The notes under the pieces: model-generated
What the model was told of the DNA's origin: nothing
The model's database searches: none
What the model saw: the letters and a program-made list of their open reading frames with translations, nothing else
Shown here: piece by piece, positions 48,746 through 57,603 of the stretch
Position numbering within the stretch: the first letter of the stretch is position 1
Layout of the letters: every line of letters begins with the position of its first letter
Made by a program: the position numbers and the translations under genes
From: Candidatus Micrarchaeota archaeon
GTDB taxonomy: Archaea; Micrarchaeota; Micrarchaeia; Anstonellales; JAHKLY01
NCBI GenBank assembly: GCA_020854825.1
Contig: JAHKLY010000002.1
Coordinates: 1 to 64,000, forward strand
Direction of reading: 5' to 3'
DNA length: 64,000 nucleotides

Positions 48746-49405
48746 TCACTTCGTCTTTACACAAATAGCAGCAAAACTCATACACTCTTGTTCTGATTTT
48801 CTTGTTAACTCTAAAAATTCATTTTTTAAGTTAAAATCTGATTCTTTTAAGAGTATCTCTTTTTTCTCATTTTCTGCTTTTCCATTAAAGATAATTGTCT
48901 TACCAAAATTTAAATTTAATATGGTTTCTATTCTTTTATAATTAGTTTGGATGTGATCTGGATTTGCTAGTTCATAATCATCAAATGCATATATATCAAA
49001 AGAAATAACAAATATCCCTCCTTTTTTAATTATTCTAGTAGTTTTAGGTATAATTTTTTTTAAATTATTTCCACTATGTCCTTCTCCTTCAATATTTTTA
49101 TTTGTAAACATATGTATATCTACTCTATCAAAAATATTATTCCAACTCTCTGGAAATTCTTTAGTAACCAAATCTAGTTTTACAAATTCGAAATTATTTG
49201 GATATAATATGGTATATCCTTTAGAGCTTATTTCAACTCCATTAGAAATGTCAATAGCAATATGTTTTAAATTAGGATTTCTTAAAATTAATAAGTTAAA
49301 TAATCTAAATTCACTTCCACAAGCTAAATTAGCACTTCTAGAAACGGGTTTATCCAATAGTTTCTTTGCTTCTTCAATAGTTAACTTATTTTTGCTAATA
49401 TACAT
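48746..49405 (-). CDS. Putative class I SAM-dependent methyltransferase-fold protein
   Basis: NLACGS, IAIDIS, DL, FD.V, RIIKKGGIF pattern. Confidence 0.6.
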   Translation of the reverse strand: MYISKNKLTIEEAKKLLDKPVSRSANLACGSEFRLFNLLILRNPNLKHIAIDISNGVEISSKGYTILYPNNFEFVKLDLVTKEFPESWNNIFDRVDIHMFTNKNIEGEGHSGNNLKKIIPKTTRIIKKGGIFVISFDIYAFDDYELANPDHIQTNYKRIETILNLNFGKTIIFNGKAENEKKEILLKESDFNLKNEFLELTRKSEQECMSFAAICVKTK

Positions 49406-49568
49406 ATAAGATTAGTGTTCTTTGGTGTTTATAAATGTTTTTATTTAAGATATTTGTATTAAAAAATAAGCACAAGCTTTTTAAATATACTTTTTAATAA
49501 TATGTTCTAGAAAAAGAATATACACAGAAGTTATTAATTAAAATTATATAAATAAATGAGGTGAATGT

Positions 49569-50273
49569 ATGTATCCTGTTTCTCCACAGGCTTATGATAG
49601 GGCCATAACAGTATTTAGTCCAGATGGACGTTTATTTCAAGTTGAATATGCTAAAGAAGCAGTAAAAATGGGAGCTACTGCATTTGGAATGGTATGTAAA
49701 GAAGGAGTGATTTTAGTTTCTTTTAAGAATATTCAATCTACATTATTAGTTCCAGAATCAATGAAGAAAATATTTTCAATAGATGACCATATTGCTGCAA
49801 CAGCAAGCGGGATTGTAGGAGATTCTAGAAGGTTAATTGATTATGCTAGAGTTGAAGCTCAAAAACATAGAGTTTCATATAATGAACCTTCAAAAGTTGA
49901 AACCGTTGCAAGAGAAATTGGGGATGTTATGCAATTATATACTCAATATGGTGGAGGACGGCCGTTTGGTGTCTCGTTATTAATAGGAGGAGTAGATGAC
50001 GAACCTTATTTATTTGAAACAGAACCTAGCGGTTCAGTAATTGGATTAAATGCAGGAGTAATCGGAAGAAGTAAAAAAGAAGGCGAAGAATTTTTAGAAA
50101 AAAATTACAAAAAAGGGATTTCGATAGAAGAAGGGATTAAATTATGTATTAGAGCTTTGAAAAAAACTGGGGAATCCCCAATCACTAAAGAAACTGTTGA
50201 AATTGCAGTTTGTACTACTAAAGAAGGAAAGTTTAAAGAATTGACACAAAAAGAAGTCGCTTCTTATTTATAA
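49569..50273 (+). CDS. psmA: Proteasome alpha subunit
   Basis: YDRAITVFSPDGRLFQVEYA, RPFGVSLL. Confidence 0.97.
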   Translation: MYPVSPQAYDRAITVFSPDGRLFQVEYAKEAVKMGATAFGMVCKEGVILVSFKNIQSTLLVPESMKKIFSIDDHIAATASGIVGDSRRLIDYARVEAQKHRVSYNEPSKVETVAREIGDVMQLYTQYGGGRPFGVSLLIGGVDDEPYLFETEPSGSVIGLNAGVIGRSKKEGEEFLEKNYKKGISIEEGIKLCIRALKKTGESPITKETVEIAVCTTKEGKFKELTQKEVASYL

Positions 50274-50282
50274 GGTGATTTT

Positions 50283-50975
50283 TTGGTATCATTGGATAAC
50301 GCGCTTATAGCGCATTATGATAAAGATAATGTTAGATTTGAAATATTTGTTGATGCAGAAAAAGCATATGAGTTTAAAGAAGGAAAAATAAAAGAAGTAA
50401 GACAAGTTTTAGCAACTGATGAAATATTTAAAGATGCTAAGAATGGGGAAAGGCATAAAGATGAAAGTTTGATTATTGCATTTGGAACAACTGACCCATT
50501 ACAAATAGCTAAACAAATTATAACTATGGGGGAAGTTCCATTAACTACAAACTTAAGAAGAAAATTAATTGAAGACAAAACAAATAAAATTATTGCAATA
50601 ATTTTGAGAGAATCAATTGATCCGCGTACAAAAGCACCACATACTAGAGTAAGATTGGAAAATGCATTAGAACAAGTAAAAGTACATATTGATCCTTTTA
50701 AATCTGCTGAAATACAGGTTGATTCAGTTGTTGATGCATTAAAACCTGTTTTACCAATAAAATTTAAAAGGATACAAATTGCAGTAAAAGTACCTGCAGA
50801 GTATTCTCAAAAGAGCTATGGGCTTTTAAAAGAGTTCGGTATAAAAAAAGAACAGTGGACTAATACTGGTTCTTTAGTTGTAGTAATAGAAATTCCGGCA
50901 GGAATACAAATGGAGTTTTATGATAAAATAAATTCATTTACTCATGGTAATGTTGAAACAAAAGTTTTAGAATAA
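50283..50975 (+). CDS. sdo1: Ribosome maturation protein SBDS/Sdo1
   Basis: RFEIFVD, IFKDAK.G, FGTTD, IDPRT..PH; superoperon position. Confidence 0.94.
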   Translation: MVSLDNALIAHYDKDNVRFEIFVDAEKAYEFKEGKIKEVRQVLATDEIFKDAKNGERHKDESLIIAFGTTDPLQIAKQIITMGEVPLTTNLRRKLIEDKTNKIIAIILRESIDPRTKAPHTRVRLENALEQVKVHIDPFKSAEIQVDSVVDALKPVLPIKFKRIQIAVKVPAEYSQKSYGLLKEFGIKKEQWTNTGSLVVVIEIPAGIQMEFYDKINSFTHGNVETKVLE

Positions 50976-51038
50976 AAGTAAGGAGATAGGAAGTATAAAA
51001 ATTAGATTTTATATTACAAGAATAAAAAGGTGAAGTTT

Positions 51039-51638
51039 ATGGAAGATGAAATTATAATGCCTGGAACACAGATTGCAGATAAACCATTAAGGCTTTCTTA
51101 TGGGCATGTGGAAAATGAAAAAACATATTCTACAGTTTTAGGTTTAAAAAGAGAAGATAAATTAATTCCTTTAAAAGGAATATATGAACCAAGATTTGGA
51201 GATTATATAATAGGTGTTGTATCAGAAGTAAAATTTTCAGGATACGATATAGAAATGAAAACTCCATATCCTGCATTTGTACCTGATAGAATGTTAAGAG
51301 AAAAATTAGATCATGGAGAAGTAATTTTTGCAAAAGTTATGAATGTTAATGAGATAGGGGAATTAGATTTAGGACAAGTTAAAGTATTAAAAAAAGGCAG
51401 AATAATTGAAGTTCCTGCTGTTAAAATACCAAGAGTTATTGGTAGAGACAATTCTATGATTACGTTAATAAGAGAGTCTACTGATTGTAGTATATTTGTA
51501 GGTAAAAATGGATTTGTTTGGATAAGTGAAAAAGGGAATTCTGCATTAGCAATATCTGCAATAAGAAAAATTGTAAGAGAAGCACATACATCGGGGTTAA
51601 CAGATAAAATGCAAGAATATCTCAAGAATTCTAATTAA
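51039..51638 (+). CDS. rrp4: Exosome RNA-binding subunit Rrp4
   Basis: IPLKG.Y.P..GD.IIG.V, KIPRVIG..SMI, VGKNG.VWI, EAHTSGLTD. Confidence 0.94.
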   Translation: MEDEIIMPGTQIADKPLRLSYGHVENEKTYSTVLGLKREDKLIPLKGIYEPRFGDYIIGVVSEVKFSGYDIEMKTPYPAFVPDRMLREKLDHGEVIFAKVMNVNEIGELDLGQVKVLKKGRIIEVPAVKIPRVIGRDNSMITLIRESTDCSIFVGKNGFVWISEKGNSALAISAIRKIVREAHTSGLTDKMQEYLKNSN

Positions 51639-51649
51639 AAGGTGATAAA

Positions 51650-52390
51650 ATGGAAGAAGTAGAATTATTCAAAAATGGAAAAAGATATGATGGGAGAACA
51701 GTTGAAGAATTAAGACATGTTAAAATAAAAGCGCATGTTTTAAATGATGCAGACGGTTCAGCATATTTAGAATGGGGAAATAATAAGATTATTGTTGGAG
51801 TATATGGTCCAAAAGAATGTATACCAAGACATTTAGCAAGTCCATATGGTGCAGTAGTTAAATGTATTTATAATATGTCTCCATTTTCTTCATTAGGAGA
51901 ACATGGGAGAAGCGGACCTTCAAGAAGAAGTAGAGAGCTTTCAATGGTTATTGGGCAAGTATTTGAAAATGTTATTGAAAGGGAAAAATTCCCAAAAGCA
52001 GCAATTGAAATATTTGTAGATGTTCTTCAAGGAGATGGGGGAACAAGATGTGCTGCAGTAACAGCAGCATCAGTTGCATTAGCAGATGCAGGAATACCTA
52101 TGAAAGATATGGTTTCTGCTGTTGCAGTAGGAAAAGTAAAAGATACAGTTGTTATAGATTTAGATTATGTTGAGGATAGTCAAGGTCAGGCAGATTGTGC
52201 AATTGCATTTGCAAATCGTAATAAGGAAGTATTATTATTACAAATGGAAGGAGAAATGTCTAAAGAAGATATGCAAAAAGCATTTGAATTAGCATCAATT
52301 GCCCAAGAAAGATTACATCAATTACAAGTAGAAGCACTAAAAGAAGTGTATATGCATATTAATGAAGGAGATGCATTTGTAGATATATAA
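51650..52390 (+). CDS. rrp41: Exosome subunit Rrp41
   Basis: RYDGR...ELR, ADGSAYLEWG, YGP.E, DGGTR, ALADAGIPM. Confidence 0.96.
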   Translation: MEEVELFKNGKRYDGRTVEELRHVKIKAHVLNDADGSAYLEWGNNKIIVGVYGPKECIPRHLASPYGAVVKCIYNMSPFSSLGEHGRSGPSRRSRELSMVIGQVFENVIEREKFPKAAIEIFVDVLQGDGGTRCAAVTAASVALADAGIPMKDMVSAVAVGKVKDTVVIDLDYVEDSQGQADCAIAFANRNKEVLLLQMEGEMSKEDMQKAFELASIAQERLHQLQVEALKEVYMHINEGDAFVDI

Positions 52391-52403
52391 AAGGTGATTA
52401 TTT

Positions 52404-53186
52404 ATGGAAATTTTAGATCAATTAAAAAGAGATACAATTCAAAGTTTAGTATCTGCAGGTAAAAGAGCAGATGACAGAGATAATTTTTCTTATAGGGATA
52501 TTTCTGTTAAAAAAAATATTTTAGAATATTCAGAAGGATCAGCATTAGTTAGAGTTGGTAAATCTCAAGTTTTATGTGCAATAAAGATTGGAATTGGAGA
52601 GCCATTTCCAGATAGATTAGATGAAGGAATTTTAACCACATCAGCAGAATTAATGCCTTTAGCTTCATATTTATTTGATCCGGGTCCTCCAAGTGATGAG
52701 GCAATTGAATTGGCAAGAATTGTAGATAGAGGAGTTCGCGCAGCAGAAATTATTGATGTTAAAAAATTGTATATAAGTGAAAATAAAGTTTTTGTTGTAT
52801 ATATTGATGTTTATGTTATGGACCATGATGGTAATTTAATTGATGCAGCTGGATTAGCAGCAATGGCAGCATTACAATGTACTAGAATGCCAAAAATAGA
52901 AAATGGTCAAATTGTAAAAGGAGAATATGAAGGAAAATTAGATTTATTAAAAGATGTAACAACTCATACCTTTGCAAAAGTAGGAAATACCTTACTTATA
53001 GACCCTTGTTTAGATGAAGAAAAAGGTATGGATGCGAGAGTTACATTAGGTATAACTGATAAGAATACTATTTGTGCAATACAAAAATGGGGGTCTGGTT
53101 CATTTTCTCAAGATGAACTTTTTCAGGTTATAGACATAGCATTTAAAAAGAGAAAAGAACTAAAAGAATTAATAGATAATGCTTGA
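52404..53186 (+). CDS. rrp42: Exosome subunit Rrp42
   Basis: EGSALV..G, PFPD, ELARIVDRG.R, DGNL.DA, DP..DEE. Confidence 0.95.
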   Translation: MEILDQLKRDTIQSLVSAGKRADDRDNFSYRDISVKKNILEYSEGSALVRVGKSQVLCAIKIGIGEPFPDRLDEGILTTSAELMPLASYLFDPGPPSDEAIELARIVDRGVRAAEIIDVKKLYISENKVFVVYIDVYVMDHDGNLIDAAGLAAMAALQCTRMPKIENGQIVKGEYEGKLDLLKDVTTHTFAKVGNTLLIDPCLDEEKGMDARVTLGITDKNTICAIQKWGSGSFSQDELFQVIDIAFKKRKELKELIDNA

Positions 53187-53196
53187 GGTGTGAAAT

Positions 53197-53430
53197 ATGG
53201 TAAGTAAACAAGTTAGAGGCGGAACAAAAATTAGAAAACGTGCGAAATCAATAGATAAATTGAAAAACAGTGTTTATGAATGTCCAGAATGCAGAAAGGT
53301 GTCTCTAAAAAGAGTGTCAAATGCAATTTGGAAATGTAATTCTTGTGGTGCAGAAATAGCAGGAGGTGCATATACTCCTTCAACAACCCCAGGAAAAGAT
53401 ATTAAAAGGAAATTAGAGGGTAAATCCTAA
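53197..53430 (+). CDS. rpl37ae: 50S ribosomal protein L37Ae
   Basis: YECPEC....KR....IWKC..CG...AGGAY.P. Confidence 0.93.
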   Translation: MVSKQVRGGTKIRKRAKSIDKLKNSVYECPECRKVSLKRVSNAIWKCNSCGAEIAGGAYTPSTTPGKDIKRKLEGKS

Positions 53431-53449
53431 TCAAGGAGGAGATAGCCGT

Positions 53450-53584
53450 ATGTATATTTGTGGAAGATGTGGCAAAGAAGTGAAATCAATTGAAGACGGA
53501 AAATTTGTTAGGTGTCCTTTTTGTGGTTATAGAATGGTATACAAAACACGTGCACCTTTAGCAAGAGAAGTCAGTACTGATTAA
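53450..53584 (+). CDS. rpoP: RNA polymerase subunit Rpo12 (RpoP)
   Basis: Not in ORF track. MYICGRCGKEV...VRCPFCGYRMVYKTR; GGAGG SD; usual position after rpl37ae. Confidence 0.92.
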   Translation: MYICGRCGKEVKSIEDGKFVRCPFCGYRMVYKTRAPLAREVSTD

Positions 53585-53653
53585 TTTTTATTCTTTTTTT
53601 TATTTTTACTATAGGTTTAAAAAGTATAACTTTAATATAATCTAGGGAGTTGT

Positions 53654-53896
53654 ATGGAGTTTATTAATTCACTGAAGATAAATTGTAATGACGAATTAGA
53701 AGCAAAAAATATCTATAAGTTATTAATAGTAGAAATGCAGAATAGTGATAGATTTTTTTCAAAAATTGAAAGAATTAAAAATATAGTGGATATTAATATA
53801 ACAGCAAAAGATGCAACTGCACTAAGGTCTGTACTTAATAGTTATTTACGGATTTTATCTATGACAGAAAAAGTCGAAGAAATGGAGGATGATTAA
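53654..53896 (+). CDS. pcc1: KEOPS subunit Pcc1
   Basis: I.AKDATALRS.LNSYLR. Confidence 0.88.
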   Translation: MEFINSLKINCNDELEAKNIYKLLIVEMQNSDRFFSKIERIKNIVDINITAKDATALRSVLNSYLRILSMTEKVEEMEDD

Positions 53897-54179
53897 TATG
53901 ACAGAAGGGGGAAATTTACAACAACAAATACAAATTTTAAATATGCAAAAACAACAATTATCAGCACAACAAAAAGAATTTGATAATGCATTAGAAGAAT
54001 TAAAAAATGCTAAAGGATTAGTTTATAAATCTGCAGGTAATTTGTTAATTGAGGTTTCAAAAGAAGATGCTAAAAAAGAATTAGAAGAAAAACAAGAGAC
54101 TATAACTAAACGATTAGAAACCCTAGAACTCCAAGAAAAAAGATTAAATTCTAAGTTAAAAAACTTAGAAAAAGAGTAG
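53889..54179 (+). CDS. pfdB: Prefoldin beta subunit
   Basis: Coiled coil-VYKSAGNLLIE-coiled coil. Confidence 0.9.
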   Translation: MINMTEGGNLQQQIQILNMQKQQLSAQQKEFDNALEELKNAKGLVYKSAGNLLIEVSKEDAKKELEEKQETITKRLETLELQEKRLNSKLKNLEKE

Positions 54180-54187
54180 GTGATATA

Positions 54188-54874
54188 GTGGAAAGAGTTC
54201 CATTTGATATAGAAGGGTTGGATAGGATTTTGTTTGGTGGGCTTCCAAAATACCATGATATTTCCATTTGTGGAGGTCCAGGAACAGGTAAAACATTATT
54301 AGGTTTTGAATATATATATAGAGGGGCTCTAAGGGGAGAACCGGGAGTTTTTATTTCATTAGTTGAAAATGAAGAATCAATTCTTGAAAATATGAAAGCA
54401 ACATTTAAAAATTGGAAAGATATTGATAAACTAATAGAAAATGGAAAAATATTTATTGTAAAACCAGAATCATTAGATGTTTTGGCATTAGCAGATATTT
54501 TAGAAAAACACATTATTGATCATAAAATAAATAGAGCAGTAATTGATTCAGCTACTGTATTAAGAACAACTTTTTCAGAGCATTCTAAATATAGACAAAC
54601 TATGCAGGAATTATTATCTTTAATTGGAGGATTAAAATGTACCACTTTATTAACATATGAGTATCCATCCTATGAAAGGAATAATATGACATTTTCAGTT
54701 GAACAGTTTATTGCAGATGGAATAATTAATTTGTATAATCTACAAAGAGCAGAAAAAAGAGTAAGAGCATTAGAAGTAGTTAAGATGAGAGGAACAAGAC
54801 ATGTTGAAGAACTAGTTCCATTTAAAATTAGTGCTTCTGGATTAGAAGTGTATATAGGGGAAAAAGTATTTTGA
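54188..54874 (+). CDS. KaiC/RAD55-family single-domain ATPase
   Basis: GLD..L.GGLP, GGPGTGKT, VIDS, ADGII.L, R.LEVVKMRGT.H. Confidence 0.92.
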   Translation: MERVPFDIEGLDRILFGGLPKYHDISICGGPGTGKTLLGFEYIYRGALRGEPGVFISLVENEESILENMKATFKNWKDIDKLIENGKIFIVKPESLDVLALADILEKHIIDHKINRAVIDSATVLRTTFSEHSKYRQTMQELLSLIGGLKCTTLLTYEYPSYERNNMTFSVEQFIADGIINLYNLQRAEKRVRALEVVKMRGTRHVEELVPFKISASGLEVYIGEKVF

Positions 54875-54883
54875 GGGAGATAA

Positions 54884-56056
54884 TTGACAACAGATAAAAA
54901 AATAGAGTATTGGTTTAAATTAACATATGATGCAGACGCAAAAACTAGATTAAAAGCTGCAAAGGAACTATCAGAATATCCAGAATCTCCAACAGCTGTT
55001 TTTGCTATTTATGAATTGACTTATGATAAAGATGAAAAAGTAAAACAATTAGCTAAAGATATAATTAATTCTTGGAAAGAAGAAGACGAAGAAATAATTC
55101 CATTAGGTGAAATATTAGCTGAAAAAATGAAAAAAGTTGAAGAAGGCACAGTAAAAGATGAAGAAAGAGATGAAAGAATAAAAGAAATTAAGAAAAAATT
55201 AATGCCTTCGTTAGAAAATTATTTCAAATCAGAGGATACTAAAAATAAATTAATGCCTTCGTTAGAAAAGCTTTTTGAAAGGTTAGTAGAATTAGAAACT
55301 AAAGGACATCAAACATTTGAAAAGAAAAGATTAGTTGAAGAAAAATCAGAACAAGAAACACAAAAGAGTTTGTTTGATGAAGATGAAGAATTAGAGATGC
55401 CTCCAGAATATAGGGAATATTTAGATACATTATCACAGATTGATAGAATTGCGTTTTCGTCAGCACCTTCTTCAAAAGGAAAGAAAAAAATAAAAATCAA
55501 AAAGATTAAAGAGCATAGAGATAAAGAGGAAGTAGAAGAAATGCTTGAAGAAGTAGAAGAAGAAACTGAAGAAGAAGAAAAAATACCTACTGCAGATATT
55601 TTTGAAAGGACAATTTATAAAAAAGCATTTAAATTACAAACAACTCCAGGTATTACACAGAGTCTAATAAATCAAGAGATGAAACGAACAATACATGAAT
55701 ATTCATTGAAGATTAAGTCCGCATTTTCATTAGCTAAATTAAGATCCACACGTAATGAAATAGATAAAATATCAGATTTAGAAAAAGGTATGAAAAATAT
55801 ATATACTGCTGCTTTTAAAGTTGAAGAAGTTGAAAATAAAGAAATTAAAAGAGGAACCAGAACTTCAAATTATTTAAGAATAGTATTATCTGATAAATCT
55901 GGAAAATTCCCCGTTTTTATTTGGAAAGGAAGGGGCAGAGGGATATATGAAAATGAATATATTAAATTAGAAAATGCATTTGTAGATGAATATCCAGAAA
56001 TAGGTGAAATTGCACTTTCAATAGATAAAAAAGGAAAAATAATTGTTATAAAATAA
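54884..56056 (+). CDS. HEAT-repeat + acidic linker + OB-fold protein
   Basis: N-terminal L..D....R..AA.L / L..D.DE.V...A; C-terminal I.DL..G.KN......V......L.DKSG...V.IW......E.IKLENA. Confidence 0.7.
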   Translation: MTTDKKIEYWFKLTYDADAKTRLKAAKELSEYPESPTAVFAIYELTYDKDEKVKQLAKDIINSWKEEDEEIIPLGEILAEKMKKVEEGTVKDEERDERIKEIKKKLMPSLENYFKSEDTKNKLMPSLEKLFERLVELETKGHQTFEKKRLVEEKSEQETQKSLFDEDEELEMPPEYREYLDTLSQIDRIAFSSAPSSKGKKKIKIKKIKEHRDKEEVEEMLEEVEEETEEEEKIPTADIFERTIYKKAFKLQTTPGITQSLINQEMKRTIHEYSLKIKSAFSLAKLRSTRNEIDKISDLEKGMKNIYTAAFKVEEVENKEIKRGTRTSNYLRIVLSDKSGKFPVFIWKGRGRGIYENEYIKLENAFVDEYPEIGEIALSIDKKGKIIVIK

Positions 56057-56133
56057 CTCTCATTTTAATGTTTTCAAACGCTTTTTAAATACTACTTATC
56101 AATATATTAATACGTCAATTTTTGGTGTTTTTT

Positions 56134-57603
56134 ATGAATGAGGAGGAATTTATTAAAGGAATTTTAGATAAAGGAATGCGATTAACCCCAGAAGCATCAA
56201 AGTTGATTTTAGAAGTAAAAGATAAAGAAAAAATTCTTGATAATTTAATAAGAGAAGGATTTACAATAATAACTAAAGAAGATTTAGAATCAATTATCGC
56301 AGAATATGAAAAAATTCCAGAGCCAGAAGTTGAAATTAAAAGAAAAAACTCTTTTGAACCAATAGCAAAAGATTATGCTTTTAATATTAGAGTTTATCCA
56401 GATAAAGACATAACAAACAATTCAAGATGCACTGGAAAACCTGAAGATTTTGTTATGTATTTTAGAAGTAGGTTATTAATGACTAAATCTGTTTTATCTG
56501 AGCGTATCGGTGAAACACCAATAATTAGAATTAATGAATTAAAAACAAGAAACAATTCAGATGTTAGATTAATAGGTATGGTTATTGATAAAAGAGATTC
56601 ACAAAAAGGAAATTTAATAGTTGAAATTGAAGATGAACAAGAAGTATGTTTAGTTATTATGATGAAAAGTGATGAAAATGTATATGCTTTAGCAGATCAA
56701 ATTGTATTAGATGATATTTTATTATTTGAAGGAAGAGTTTATAATGGAATTTTAATAGCAAAAGAAATTATTTGGCCAGATATACCTATAATGAGGAATA
56801 AAAAAACAATAGAAGAGGATCTAGCTGTTGCTTATTTATCAGATCTGCATGTTGGGAGTAAATTATTTATGGAAAAAGAATTTAACAAATTCTTAGATTG
56901 GATAAATGGGAATGGAGAAGATAAAGAGTTAGCAGGTAAGATAAAGTATATTAGTATTTCTGGAGATATAGTTGATGGGATAGGAATTTATCCTAGACAA
57001 GAAGATGAATTAGTAGTTAAAGATATTTATAAACAATATGGAATTTTTATGGATTTAATGGAGAAAATACCAGATTATATTAAAGTTATTGTAAGTCCAG
57101 GAAATCACGATGCAGTAAGAAGAGCACAACCTCAACCACAGTTACCTAAGGAATTACTTAATGGAAAAACATTAAATGTTGGTAGTCCTTCTTGGATTGA
57201 TTTAGAAGGATTTAAACATTTAATTTACCATGGGGATTCACTTGATTCAATAATTTCTTCTTTATCAAATTGTGATCATACTCATCCGGAAGTGCCTATG
57301 ATAGAACTTTTAAAAAGAAGGAATTTATCTCCAATTTATGGAAGGAATCCAATTGTTCCTGAAAAAAAAGATTATCTATTCATTGATCAAATACCAGATG
57401 TTTTACATATGGGACATGTACATAAAAATGGATACTCTTTGTATAGAGGAACACATATAATTAATTCAGGAACATTTCAAGAACGTACAAATTTTCAAAT
57501 AAAACAAGGACATATTCCAACTCCGGGCATAGTGCCAATTTTATGTATGAAAACTGGAGAGGTAGTGCATAAAAAATTTGTAGCTGGTGTTAATTATGGT
57601 TGA
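56134..57603 (+). CDS. polB: DNA polymerase D small subunit DP1
   Basis: SDLHVGS, GDIVDGIGIYP.Q, PGNHDA, YHG, HMGHVH, NSGTFQ. Confidence 0.96.
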   Translation: MNEEEFIKGILDKGMRLTPEASKLILEVKDKEKILDNLIREGFTIITKEDLESIIAEYEKIPEPEVEIKRKNSFEPIAKDYAFNIRVYPDKDITNNSRCTGKPEDFVMYFRSRLLMTKSVLSERIGETPIIRINELKTRNNSDVRLIGMVIDKRDSQKGNLIVEIEDEQEVCLVIMMKSDENVYALADQIVLDDILLFEGRVYNGILIAKEIIWPDIPIMRNKKTIEEDLAVAYLSDLHVGSKLFMEKEFNKFLDWINGNGEDKELAGKIKYISISGDIVDGIGIYPRQEDELVVKDIYKQYGIFMDLMEKIPDYIKVIVSPGNHDAVRRAQPQPQLPKELLNGKTLNVGSPSWIDLEGFKHLIYHGDSLDSIISSLSNCDHTHPEVPMIELLKRRNLSPIYGRNPIVPEKKDYLFIDQIPDVLHMGHVHKNGYSLYRGTHIINSGTFQERTNFQIKQGHIPTPGIVPILCMKTGEVVHKKFVAGVNYG

